Shown one piece after another: positions 19,356 through 28,597 of a DNA stretch of 64,000 nt (position 1 is its first letter; the number at the start of each line of letters is the position of its first letter). The notes under the pieces were generated by a model. That model made no database searches. It saw only the letters and a program-made list of their open reading frames with translations, and was not told where the DNA came from. The translations under genes were made by a program, and so were the position numbers. This DNA comes from Alphaproteobacteria bacterium (GTDB taxonomy: Bacteria; Pseudomonadota; Alphaproteobacteria; CALKHQ01), in contig CBDDFZ010000001.1 of NCBI GenBank assembly GCA_965227515.1, positions 2,016,001-2,080,000 on the forward strand, in the 5' to 3' direction.

Positions 19356-20579
19356 ATGCTGACAACAGACCCGTTTGCTTTTCCCGGCATCGTGACCGAC
19401 CTGGACGGGCGTTCGTCGGCCGAGCTGCAAGACCACGATGTTGCGGTCGGGCAAGCGCGCGGCCCGCGCGACACGGCAACGCCGGGCGTCCCCGATGCCG
19501 GCATCGAATTGGGCCTTTCCCCGCTCCATCCGCCGGCGGGCGGTGATCGCAATGGCGGCGTGCAGACCACCGACGGCACCTTCGGCTCTCTTGGCATCGG
19601 GCCGTCCGATCCTCCCGGGCCGATGGCGAGCATCATCGTCGGCGGCACCGGCGACGACTACATCAACGGCAACCCGTGGAACGACATCATCTACGACCAC
19701 GCGCCCGGCCAGGCCTGGATTTACGACAGCGATGTCATCTTCGGCCATGGCGGCGACGACCTGATCATCGCCGGCCTTGGTGACGACGTGCTGGACGGTG
19801 GCGACGGGGCCGACAGCCTGTTTGGCGGCTTCGGCGACGACATCCTGCGGGGCGGCGCGGGCGCGGATTTCCTGAACGGCGGTGGCGGCAACGACGTCAT
19901 CGAGGGCGGCAACGGCAACTCGGTCCTGTTGGGCGAGGACGGTAACGACAGGCTGACCGGCGGCGACGATGTCGACTGGATCTACGGCGGGTCGCACAAC
20001 GATGTCATCGACGCCGGCGCGGGCGACGACATGATCTTTGCCGACGAGACCAACCCGAAGGCCGGGGGCGTCGACGGCGACGATATCGTGATGGCCGGTG
20101 CCGGTTCCGACACGGTGGACGGCGGCGGCGGCCATGACAGCATCGACGGCGGTGCGGACAATGACCAGTTGTACGGCGGTTGGGGCGACGACCTGGTGCA
20201 GGGCGGCGCCGGCAACGACCTGCTGTTCGACAACCATCTGTTCGGCAGCGGCGACGATGGCGACGATGTGATGGACGGCGGCACCGGCGATGACGTGCTG
20301 GTCGGCAGCGGCGGTAACAACATCATGACCGGCGGCGCGGGCGCGGATGTGTTCCTGGCCAGCATCGGCGCCTATTACGGCGGCGCGTACGATGTACCGC
20401 CGGGCTATGGCGTCAACACGATCACCGATTTCAGTGCCGCCCAGGGCGACCAGGTGCAGGGCAGCTCAGCCATCCAGGTCGGCAACACCGTGCATGTCAG
20501 CGACAGCGGCGGCACGCTGCTGTTCGTGCTGCTCGACGTCGACCTGACCACCGAGGCGGTCAACCTGTTGCCGGTGTAG
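19356..20579 (+). CDS. RTX Ca-binding repeat protein, tandem paralog 3
   Basis: GGxGxD repeats; shared DII.DH..G.AW.YD and QVG.NVHV.D..G.LLFVL motifs. Confidence 0.9.
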   Translation: MLTTDPFAFPGIVTDLDGRSSAELQDHDVAVGQARGPRDTATPGVPDAGIELGLSPLHPPAGGDRNGGVQTTDGTFGSLGIGPSDPPGPMASIIVGGTGDDYINGNPWNDIIYDHAPGQAWIYDSDVIFGHGGDDLIIAGLGDDVLDGGDGADSLFGGFGDDILRGGAGADFLNGGGGNDVIEGGNGNSVLLGEDGNDRLTGGDDVDWIYGGSHNDVIDAGAGDDMIFADETNPKAGGVDGDDIVMAGAGSDTVDGGGGHDSIDGGADNDQLYGGWGDDLVQGGAGNDLLFDNHLFGSGDDGDDVMDGGTGDDVLVGSGGNNIMTGGAGADVFLASIGAYYGGAYDVPPGYGVNTITDFSAAQGDQVQGSSAIQVGNTVHVSDSGGTLLFVLLDVDLTTEAVNLLPV

Positions 20580-20600
20580 CGCCGGGCGGTCGTGCCCAGG

Positions 20601-21248
20601 CTACTTCTTCTGCGGCCCCGTCAGCGCGGCGGTCAGCCCCAGCCCGATGAACATGGTGCCGGTGATGTAGCGGCCGAAACGCATGCCCGGGCGGCGGCGC
20701 TTCAGCCAGTTGCCGGCGGTGCCGGCCGCCAGGGCATAGATGCCGTCGGTGATCAGCCCGATCGCGATGAAGATCAGGCCGAGGAAGGCGATCTGCATCG
20801 CCACGTGGCCGCGTTCCGGCTCCACGAACTGCGGCAGGAACGCCAGGAAGAACAGCGCGGTCTTCGGGTTCAAGAGGTTGACGATGAAACCGTCGCGGAA
20901 CAGCCGGCGATAGCGCCGTGGCGGCACCGCCTGGGGGTCCGCCTCGTCGGGCTTGCCGAAGATCTTCTGCAGGCCGAGCCAGATCAGGTAGGCGGCACCC
21001 GCGTACTTCACCACCTCGAACGCCAGCGCGGAGGATGCAAGCAGGGCGGACAGGCCCAAGGCCGCGGCGACCACATGCACCAGGGTGGCGGTGTGGATAC
21101 CGAGGTCGGAGACCAGGCCGGCGCGGCGGCCCTGGGCCACCGACTGGGCGATGATGAACAGCACCGCCGGCCCGGGGATCAGCAGCAGTAACAGCGCGGC
21201 GACCGCGAACAGGCCCAGATTGGTGGCGCCGGGAATGACGATATCCAT
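20601..21248 (-). CDS. LysE/RhtB-family exporter
   Basis: IPGPA, KYAGAAYL, NLLNPKTALFF motifs. Confidence 0.93.
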   Translation of the reverse strand: MDIVIPGATNLGLFAVAALLLLLIPGPAVLFIIAQSVAQGRRAGLVSDLGIHTATLVHVVAAALGLSALLASSALAFEVVKYAGAAYLIWLGLQKIFGKPDEADPQAVPPRRYRRLFRDGFIVNLLNPKTALFFLAFLPQFVEPERGHVAMQIAFLGLIFIAIGLITDGIYALAAGTAGNWLKRRRPGMRFGRYITGTMFIGLGLTAALTGPQKK

Positions 21249-21273
21249 CGGGAATGGTCCTTGTTAGGTGTGC

Positions 21274-21906
21274 TTAGGCGGGAGCCTTCATCAATTCGCG
21301 CGGCGGCTGCCAGCCGGGCAGGGCCTGCAGCCGGTCCATCCAGCGGCGCATGTTGGGATGCGTCGTGGCGAAGTCGTAGCCATGCTCCTCGGGCGGATAG
21401 AACACGTAACCGGCCATCGAGAAGTCGGCGATGGTCGGCGCGCCGCCGGCGATGAAGTCGCTGTCGGCCAGATGGCGCTCGACAATGGCGAAGGCCCCGT
21501 CGGCCCGGCCCTTCAGGAATGCCATCACCGCGGGCTCACCCGGCTCCGGCGCAATCGAGAACAGGAAGCGGTAGGTCGCGAAATAGCTGGTGAACTTGTG
21601 GTTGTCGAACAGCAGCCAGCGCAGCACTTCATAGCGCTGGTCGTCGCCCTTCGGCGCAAACTTGCCGGTGGTTTCGGCAAGGTAGGTCAGGATCGCGCCG
21701 GACTGGGTCAGCCGTTTGCCGGCAGTTTCCAGCACCGGCACCTCGCCCAGTTCGTTCAGGCTGTCGCGCCAGCCCTGCTCGCGGGTGACGCCGTTGAAAT
21801 AGTCGACGAAGACCTTCTCCCATTCCAGGCCGGCGCACTCCAGGTAGAGGGCCACCTTGTACGTGTTGCCTGATTCGGGAAAGCAGTGGAGCCTGTAGTC
21901 GGCCAT
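21274..21906 (-). CDS. Glutathione S-transferase family protein
   Basis: SGNTYKV, GEVPVL, QSGAIL, TIADF; start at ATG 21906. Confidence 0.92.
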   Translation of the reverse strand: MADYRLHCFPESGNTYKVALYLECAGLEWEKVFVDYFNGVTREQGWRDSLNELGEVPVLETAGKRLTQSGAILTYLAETTGKFAPKGDDQRYEVLRWLLFDNHKFTSYFATYRFLFSIAPEPGEPAVMAFLKGRADGAFAIVERHLADSDFIAGGAPTIADFSMAGYVFYPPEEHGYDFATTHPNMRRWMDRLQALPGWQPPRELMKAPA

Positions 21907-22013
21907 GGCAGGAGTTCCGCGTGTTGGTGACGCAGGTGGGTGGCGCATTTGGTTGACGTCCGGGTTTTGCGCCGCCGGCAGCCTACGCCAGCGCGGGACC
22001 GTCGGAAAGCGCG

Positions 22014-23264
22014 CTATTGCCGGGCCGAGCCAGCCGCAATCTCGATTGCCGCGTCAAGTTGCGGGTCGTGGCCGGCGGCGAACGCCGGGTCGAACGGCAC
22101 GGCGATGTCCGGCGCCACGCCGACGCCCTCCAGCCTGACGCCATCGACCGCCACATCGGCGGTGGCGACATAGAGCAAGCTGCCGTCGCGCAGCACGTTC
22201 AGGCGTCCGCCGAGTACGGCGCCGGCGGTCGTCTCCCCGACGATCGGGCCGATGTCGAGCGCACGGAAGCCGTACGCGATCACTTCCTTGCCGGAGCGCG
22301 AGCCTTCGTCGACCAGCAGGACAACGGGCTTGGTCCATGCCGACGCAAAGCTGCGCCCATATCCACCGGCCCGGCCCATGGTCATCTCGATTCCGCGCGG
22401 CGCGAACAGGTTGAGGTAGCTGGGCTCGGCCCCGCCCCAGCCGCCGCGCAGATCCATCACCAGGGCGTCGGCGTCGCCGAGCGGGCCTTGCAGCAGGGCA
22501 TCGCTCAGAATGGCCTGGTAGTCTTCGCCGGCATAGCACCAGACCCGCACGTAGCCGACCGAGACGTCGCCATGCTCGATGATCGCGATGCTGTGGCGCA
22601 TCGCGCGCAGGAACATTGTCGTCGCGTCCAGCAGTGCGGGCTCGACCTCCAGCGTAACCGTCTCGCCGGGGCGGCGCTCCAGTTCGATGTCGATGGTCGT
22701 GCCGGCGCGGCCCGCGAACGAGGCGACCGGATGGTACGGCGCGCCATTGACGGCGACGATGCGGTCGCCCACCAGAATGCCCGCGCGCGCCGCCGGATGC
22801 CCCTCCAGGACACCGGTGACGAACGTCCCTTCCGGGCGCGCCTCGGCGAAGATGCCGATGCCGGTATAGACCGGCGCGCCGTCGACGAGGTGATCCGCCA
22901 GCAGGTGTTCCAGGCTGCTGTCCACGGTCATGAAGATGCCGACGAGTTGATACCAGGCGGTGCTGTCGCGGGTGACGTGCCGGGTGTGCGATGCCTCCAG
23001 CCGCGCCAGCATCGCGTTGACCTCGGCCGAGAACGCGGCCTCGTCCATATCGGGCGTGATGCGCGCGCGGTGCTCCGCCGCCACCGCCGGCCAGTCCAGG
23101 CCATGCATGTCCGGGTCGTAGAACTGCGACGCGGTCGCGCTGACGATCTGGTCGAAGATATCCAGCCTGTCCTGCGCGGCGGCGGGTTGGGCAGCGGCAC
23201 ACACCCACAACGCCGCAAACAGGATTGCGTTGCGCCAGGCAAGGCTGCGCAGGGTCATCGGCAT
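22014..23264 (-). CDS. S41 (tail-specific) peptidase with PDZ domain
   Basis: Signal peptide; GIG..PA PDZ; DLRGGWGG, SRSGKE, GETTAG; start uncertain (23264 or 23294). Confidence 0.88.
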   Translation of the reverse strand: MPMTLRSLAWRNAILFAALWVCAAAQPAAAQDRLDIFDQIVSATASQFYDPDMHGLDWPAVAAEHRARITPDMDEAAFSAEVNAMLARLEASHTRHVTRDSTAWYQLVGIFMTVDSSLEHLLADHLVDGAPVYTGIGIFAEARPEGTFVTGVLEGHPAARAGILVGDRIVAVNGAPYHPVASFAGRAGTTIDIELERRPGETVTLEVEPALLDATTMFLRAMRHSIAIIEHGDVSVGYVRVWCYAGEDYQAILSDALLQGPLGDADALVMDLRGGWGGAEPSYLNLFAPRGIEMTMGRAGGYGRSFASAWTKPVVLLVDEGSRSGKEVIAYGFRALDIGPIVGETTAGAVLGGRLNVLRDGSLLYVATADVAVDGVRLEGVGVAPDIAVPFDPAFAAGHDPQLDAAIEIAAGSARQ

Positions 23265-23440
23265 CTCCGGGCGCTTAGTTCGGTCGCGCGACAAGATAGG
23301 CGTTCCTGGCGAGGTGTGCGCATCACTGAATCGCGCATCAACTTGACCGCGTCGACAATCGACACAGGTTCCTTCAGGTTGCGCTCACCTTGCCGGTGCC
23401 GTCTCCTGCGCGCCGGCCTTCTCCAGCCAGGACTTTATCG

Positions 23441-24139
23441 ATGCTCGACGCGTTTCCCATCACCAGGCGGTGGCCAGCCGCAGACCCCTCCATCATCCAG
23501 CTCTACTCGTTTCCGACGCCGAACGGGGTCAAGGTCTCCGCGATGCTGGAGGAAACCGGCGTCCCGTACGAGGCCCATCTGGTCAACTTCCGCGACGGTG
23601 AGCAGAAGACGCCGGAGTTCCTGTCGCTGAACCCGAACGGCAAGATCCCGGCCATCGTTGACCCGGATGGGCCGGGCGGCAAGCCGCTGGGCCTGTTCGA
23701 GAGCGGGGCGATCCTGCTCTATCTCGCGGAGAAGACCGGCAAGCTGCTGCCCGCCGACGAGGGCTTGCAGCACGCGGCGCGGCAATGGGTGATGTGGCAG
23801 ATGGGCGGCCCCGGCCCGATGTTCGGCCAGTTCGGCTTCTTTTTCAAATTCGACGGCGCCCAGATCGACGACAAGCGCCCGCTGGAGCGCTATGCCAACG
23901 AGACCAAGCGCCTGCTGGGCGTGCTGGACGAGCGCCTGGACGGCCGCGACTACATGGTGGGCGACGACTACTCGATCGCCGACGTCGCGATCTGGCCGTG
24001 GGTGCGCACGCTGGGTGGTTTCTACGAGGCCGGCGACCATTTGGAGCTGGACCAGTTCGCCAACGTCAACCGCTGGCTGGAGGCGTGCCAGACCCGCCCG
24101 GCCAGCCAGGCGGCGATCAACATCCCGCCACGGCCGTAG
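23441..24139 (+). CDS. Glutathione S-transferase (YfcG/YghU-like)
   Basis: TPNGVKV, NPNGKIPAIVDP, ESGAIL, SIADVA. Confidence 0.93.
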   Translation: MLDAFPITRRWPAADPSIIQLYSFPTPNGVKVSAMLEETGVPYEAHLVNFRDGEQKTPEFLSLNPNGKIPAIVDPDGPGGKPLGLFESGAILLYLAEKTGKLLPADEGLQHAARQWVMWQMGGPGPMFGQFGFFFKFDGAQIDDKRPLERYANETKRLLGVLDERLDGRDYMVGDDYSIADVAIWPWVRTLGGFYEAGDHLELDQFANVNRWLEACQTRPASQAAINIPPRP

Positions 24140-24156
24140 GTCAGGCCAAACTCAGT

Positions 24157-24362
24157 CGTCGTCCTCGCCGCCAATCAACGTTTTGGGGTGGCGAGGCGAC
24201 CCAATCGGTCCCTGCCAAAACACCTTTGTCATCCTTGACCGGCGTGCTCGGAACTTGTTCCGCACGCCGCGTCGAGGATCCATGGATGGTTTCGCGCAAG
24301 AGGTGAGATAGATCCTCGGCGCGCGGGCCATCACGTCGTTCGGCCCTCGGCCAAGGATGGCA
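24157..24362. repeat. Cluster of CGTC/TGTC-type REP arms
   Basis: TGTCATCCTTGACCGG...GAGGATCCA and TAGATCCTCGG...CCAAGGATGGCA, between convergent genes. Confidence 0.75.
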
Positions 24363-24424
24363 AATGAGGTGACGGGCGGTGCCCAAACCCGCGAATTCAG
24401 TGGTTGCCCTCCGCCAGGTACTAC

Positions 24425-26092
24425 TCACCCGTGGCTGGGGTCCTCAAAAAGGCCGACGCGGACCGAATAGTCGGTGGCGACCTGGTAGTCGGGATCGTCG
24501 TCCGACTCGTCGAACAGCAGCCCGGTGCGCGACAGCAGGCGGTAGCAGTCGTGGGAGAGGTGGCGCAGCCGGATCGACTTGCCGGCCTCGTTGTAGGCCG
24601 CCGACAGCCCCTCGATGGCCGATAGCGCGGACTGGTCGGCCACCCGGCTGTCGGCGAAGTCGACGATCACCTTGTCCGGGTCGCCCTTGGGATCGAACAG
24701 CTCGGTGAAGCCCGCCGCGGAGCCGAAGAACAGCGGACCCTGGACGCGGTAGACCTTGCTGCCGTCCGCGGCGATCTCCGTCCGCACCGAGATGTGCTTG
24801 GCGCTCTCCCACGCGAAGCGCAGCGCCGAGGCGATGACGCCCACCACCACCGCGACCGCCAGGTCCTGCCAGACCGTGACGAAGGTGACCAGCAGCATGA
24901 CATAGGTCGCATGCACCGGCACCACCCGCATGATCTTGAACGTGTTCCAGGCGAAGGTGCCGATGACCACCATGAACATGACGCCGACCAGGGCGGCCAG
25001 CGGGATCTGCTCGATCAAGGGGGCCGCGAACAGGATGAAACTCAGCAGGAACAGGGCGGCCACGATGCCGGAGAGCCGCCGCCGGCCGCCGGACTTCACG
25101 TTGATCATCGACTGGCCGATCATGGCGCAGCCGCCCATGCCGCCGAAAAACCCGGTCACCGTGTTGGCCGCTCCCTGGGCGATGCATTCCTTGCTGGCGC
25201 CGCCACGGCTGCCGACCATGCGGTTGACCAGGTTCACGGTCAGCAGGCTCTCGATCAGGCCGATGGCGGCCAGGATCACCGCATAGGGCAGTATGATCCA
25301 CAGGGTTTCCAGGGTGAAAGACACCGCTGGCAGGTGGAACGAGGGCAGGCTGCCCTCGATGGACGCCATGTCGCCGACCCGCGGCACGTCGATATCGAAC
25401 AGGATGACCACCAGGGCGACGATGCCGATGCCGGCCAGTGGCGCCGGCACCGCCTTGGTCAGCTTCGGCAGCAGCCAGATGATCAGCATGGTCAGCGCCA
25501 CCAGCCCCAGCATCATGGCCAGCGGCCAGCCGGTCAGCCACGCGCCGCCGCCCATGCCGTGGCTGCCGGCCTCCGCGCTGCCGGGCACCTTGAACTGGGT
25601 GAGCTGGGCCAGGAAGATAACGATGGCGAGCCCGTTGACGAAGCCGAGCATGACCGCGTGCGGGACCAGGCGGATGAACTTGCCCAGTTTAAACACGCCG
25701 GCCAGCAACTGCAGGATGCCCATCAGCACCACGGTGGCGAACAGGTATTCGACCCCGTGCTGGGCGACCAGGGCGACCATCACCACGGCCAGCGCGCCGG
25801 TGGCGCCGGAGATCATGCCGGGCCGTCCGCCCAGCACCGCGGTGATCAGCCCGACCATGAACGCGGCATAGAGGCCGACCAGCGGGTGCACGCCGGCGAC
25901 GAAGGCGAACGCCACCGCCTCCGGCACCAGGGCCAGCGCCACGGTCAGGCCCGCGAGCAGCTCGACCCGAACCTCCGACGGGCTGATCCTGAACCCGGCC
26001 CCGGGTGAGATCACCGAACGCTTGATCGCGCCGGCCGCCGTGCCGGGCGTTCCTTCCGCCAGATTCTTCATGAAGTCGGAATAGAACGCCAT
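24425..26092 (-). CDS. SulP-family anion transporter with STAS domain
   Basis: GLTVALALVPEAVAF, GRPGMISGATG, GPLFFGS. Confidence 0.95.
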   Translation of the reverse strand: MAFYSDFMKNLAEGTPGTAAGAIKRSVISPGAGFRISPSEVRVELLAGLTVALALVPEAVAFAFVAGVHPLVGLYAAFMVGLITAVLGGRPGMISGATGALAVVMVALVAQHGVEYLFATVVLMGILQLLAGVFKLGKFIRLVPHAVMLGFVNGLAIVIFLAQLTQFKVPGSAEAGSHGMGGGAWLTGWPLAMMLGLVALTMLIIWLLPKLTKAVPAPLAGIGIVALVVILFDIDVPRVGDMASIEGSLPSFHLPAVSFTLETLWIILPYAVILAAIGLIESLLTVNLVNRMVGSRGGASKECIAQGAANTVTGFFGGMGGCAMIGQSMINVKSGGRRRLSGIVAALFLLSFILFAAPLIEQIPLAALVGVMFMVVIGTFAWNTFKIMRVVPVHATYVMLLVTFVTVWQDLAVAVVVGVIASALRFAWESAKHISVRTEIAADGSKVYRVQGPLFFGSAAGFTELFDPKGDPDKVIVDFADSRVADQSALSAIEGLSAAYNEAGKSIRLRHLSHDCYRLLSRTGLLFDESDDDPDYQVATDYSVRVGLFEDPSHG

Positions 26093-26297
26093 GGGCTGCC
26101 GTCACCTGAGCTGTTGCGAATGTCGAGAATGCATGCGCGCCCGCAGCGGCAGCCCCCGAAGCGCAAGTCTGGGGGAGGCCGGTCGCGAACGCGGGCGCAA
26201 TGCTGTCAGAAGTTATGTTGCAGTGCAACAATCACGTTCTGCGGTGCAAAATCCAGCCTGAATGTCACGGTGCGGCGATGTGCGCGGGAAATCCTTC

Positions 26298-26442
26298 CGT
26301 CATTGCGAGGAGCGCCCATCGGGCGCGACGCGGCAATCCAGGTCCGTAGTCCGTAGCCCGGGTGGAACGCAGTGCAACCCGGGGGCGGTAGATGCACTGG
26401 CCGCTGGCCTTCCCGGGTTCCGCTCCGCTCCACCCGGGCTAC
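26298..26442. repeat. CGTC REP arm (26298-26341) followed by a GTAG REP doublet (26353-26442)
   Basis: CGTCATTGCGAGGAGCG..CGACGCGGCAATCCAG; GTAGCCCGGGTGGAACG...TCCACCCGGGCTAC. Confidence 0.85.
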
Positions 26443-26448
26443 GCTCCC

Positions 26449-26727
26449 TCACCGCGCCGGTGCGTCGCGGCGCGGCGCGGAGATGTCGGTCTTCGCCGTC
26501 GCGACCTGGGTGCGCTCGTCGTGGTCTTGCGGCATCAGGCGGCGGCGCTGGTCGGTATCAGTCGCCTGCGTGGCGGTGTTGGCAATCGCGTGCTGGCCGG
26601 TGGTCAGCAGGGCATCGTCTGCGGAGGGCGTTGCGTCGGCCGGGGCGGCGAGGGCGATCAGCGTGGCGCACGCCAGCACGGCCGCGACGAGAATGCTGCG
26701 GCTGGTGTGTCGGATCGTGTTGGCCAT
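26449..26727 (-). CDS. Small secreted hypothetical protein
   Basis: AGGAGG RBS; signal peptide MANTIRHTSRSILVAAVLACATLIALAAPADA. Confidence 0.6.
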   Translation of the reverse strand: MANTIRHTSRSILVAAVLACATLIALAAPADATPSADDALLTTGQHAIANTATQATDTDQRRRLMPQDHDERTQVATAKTDISAPRRDAPAR

Positions 26728-26833
26728 GATCGCCTCCTGGAACTCTGGGCCGCCGTGTTTGGCTGCCCGATGTCCAAGAAGTACCTGCCGACCGTCCGCC
26801 ACCCCATGGGGTCAACCCCCCATTTGTGCGGCC

Positions 26834-27019
26834 CTACTTCTGCTCGAGAAACAGTTCGATGTGACCGCAGGCCGTGCAGGCCCGCGCGGCGACCTGGCGG
26901 CCGCGGCGGAAGCTGCCCTCGCTCGGCAGCTTGAACCGCAGCGGCGCGTTCCAAACGACGTGGCCGTCCTCGAACCCGCTGCCGCCACACTTCAGGCACG
27001 TGTCGTCGGATGTTGTCAT
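26834..27019 (-). CDS. Small zinc-ribbon protein (CxxC...CxxCG)
   Basis: MTTSDDTCLKCGG...ACTACGHIELF; GGGGAG RBS. Confidence 0.75.
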   Translation of the reverse strand: MTTSDDTCLKCGGSGFEDGHVVWNAPLRFKLPSEGSFRRGRQVAARACTACGHIELFLEQK

Positions 27020-27096
27020 GAGCGTACTCCCCGCGAACTGCGTTGAGGGGGAGGGTAGCACCGTCGCAATCACGCTGCGATCAGCGCGACAGGGTT

Positions 27097-27179
27097 GTAG
27101 CCCGGGTGGAACGAAGTGCAACCCGGGGACATACCTTCACCTCCAAGTTCCCCGGATTGCGCTCCGCACCATCCGGGCT
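27097..27179. repeat. GTAG REP doublet interrupted at its right end by the IS110
   Basis: GTAGCCCGGGTGG...CCATCCGGGCT; the missing terminal AC is at 28600-28601. Confidence 0.88.
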
Positions 27180-27204
27180 TCTGTAACGGGCCATTGTTGG
27201 TCAA

Positions 27205-27430
27205 TCCCTTTTTCGTCGTCCCGGCGCCTGGGTCATGCTTCTGTACGGGGTCGGCGCAGGGCCGCCGCCAAGATGGATATGCGAGGATCGGTCGGTCCAA
27301 TCTACGGAAGCGTGCTCTCATGCGAGGCGACATCCCGGATGGCGGCCTGACCTGATCCATCGTCCCGGCGCGGGACGGCGCTCGACGGGCCGGTGTCGGT
27401 GCCCGTCGAAGCTCGTGTGTCGGTTCTCCT
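27205..27430 (-). ncRNA. Putative bridge/seek RNA of the IS110 element (boundaries approximate)
   Basis: On the minus strand, in order: hairpins, CCATCCGGG, CGTAG (target matches), then CCATCTT, TACAGAAG (donor-junction matches). Confidence 0.72.
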
Positions 27431-27443
27431 TATGCCGCGGCCA

Positions 27444-28487
27444 TCATGCTGTCGCCATCGCCGGGCGCACCGGTCCGGCATGGTTGAACGGTGTGCCGTC
27501 AACCCACATCCGGTGCATGATGACGGCGAGCCGGCGCGCCAGCGCGACCTTCGCCTTCCTCATGCCCGCACGCCTGGCCAGCTTCATCGCCCAGCTCTTC
27601 AGCCAGCCGCCCTCGATCGGCCGGGTCAGAACCACGTGCGCCGCCTCATAGAGGGCCGAGCGCACATCGGCGTCCCCTACCTTCGATATCCGCCCCATCA
27701 CCTCGCTCTCGCCCGACTGGCGCTTGGTCGGCGTCAGGCCGAAGTGCGCACCCACCAGGCGCGACGAGGCAAACCGCCCGGGGTCGTCCACTCCCGACAA
27801 GTAGGTCAGTCCGACAATGCTCCCCACGCCCGGCACCGTCATCAGCAGGCGAGCGCGATCGTCGGCCTGCGCCGCCGCCCGGACCTGCCGGTCCAGCGCC
27901 GTGAACGATAGCAACAGGCCATCGCGTGCCGACAGCAGCGCCCCCGCCACCGCCTCCAGTACCGGATGCCCCGCCACAAGCTCCGAAATACGTGTCGAAA
28001 AGCTGCGCCTGGTGGTGTGCCCTACCTTCAGCCCGAAGTTCCGCAGCTGACCACGAAGGTGCATCTCAAGATCGTGCAGCTTCGCGCGGAGCTGGTCGCG
28101 ACCCTTCAAAAGGGCCCGCATCTCCTGGGCCGCCAAAGACTTGCAGTGAACCGGACGAAACCAGCCCACACGCATCAGCTGAGCAATCCCGCGTGCGTCC
28201 GAGCGGTCCGACTTCACCGGCATCGTCGAAAGCGCTCGCGCAACATGACGCGTCTCCAGCAACTCAACCGAAAGACCGCCCTCGCTACATCCCCGCACAA
28301 GCCATTGCGACAACGGCCCCGCCTCAAGACCAATCCGCTCAACCGAAATCCCCAAAGACCCAAACCACAACAACAAACCCGCCGGCGTGCTCGCAATACG
28401 AGCCTCGCAGACAATCCCGCCCGCGCCGTCAACAACGCACACCGATGACCATTCCAAAGAAACGTCAATCCCGGCATAGTAGTTCAT
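27444..28487 (-). CDS. IS110-family transposase/recombinase (DEDD RuvC plus Tnp serine domain)
   Basis: MNYYAGIDVS, GLEAG, KSDRSDARGIA, VPGVG, GLTP..RQSGE, ARRLA; AGGAG RBS before 28487. Confidence 0.96.
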   Translation of the reverse strand: MNYYAGIDVSLEWSSVCVVDGAGGIVCEARIASTPAGLLLWFGSLGISVERIGLEAGPLSQWLVRGCSEGGLSVELLETRHVARALSTMPVKSDRSDARGIAQLMRVGWFRPVHCKSLAAQEMRALLKGRDQLRAKLHDLEMHLRGQLRNFGLKVGHTTRRSFSTRISELVAGHPVLEAVAGALLSARDGLLLSFTALDRQVRAAAQADDRARLLMTVPGVGSIVGLTYLSGVDDPGRFASSRLVGAHFGLTPTKRQSGESEVMGRISKVGDADVRSALYEAAHVVLTRPIEGGWLKSWAMKLARRAGMRKAKVALARRLAVIMHRMWVDGTPFNHAGPVRPAMATA

Positions 28488-28597
28488 GGTCGTCTCTCCT
28501 CGATGTCTTGGAGCGGCAAACCCGACTCCGTGTATGACACCGACATCTTGAGGGACGACCACTCATGCACGCCACCAAACAAGGGCCGTTAGCCCAT

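Noticed and set aside
17991-20237. Long antisense ORFs (also 2795-4792, 22017-23630, 31834-33789, 43282-44730)
   Set aside because: They overlap recognisable genes on the opposite strand and are typical high-GC shadow frames with no motifs.
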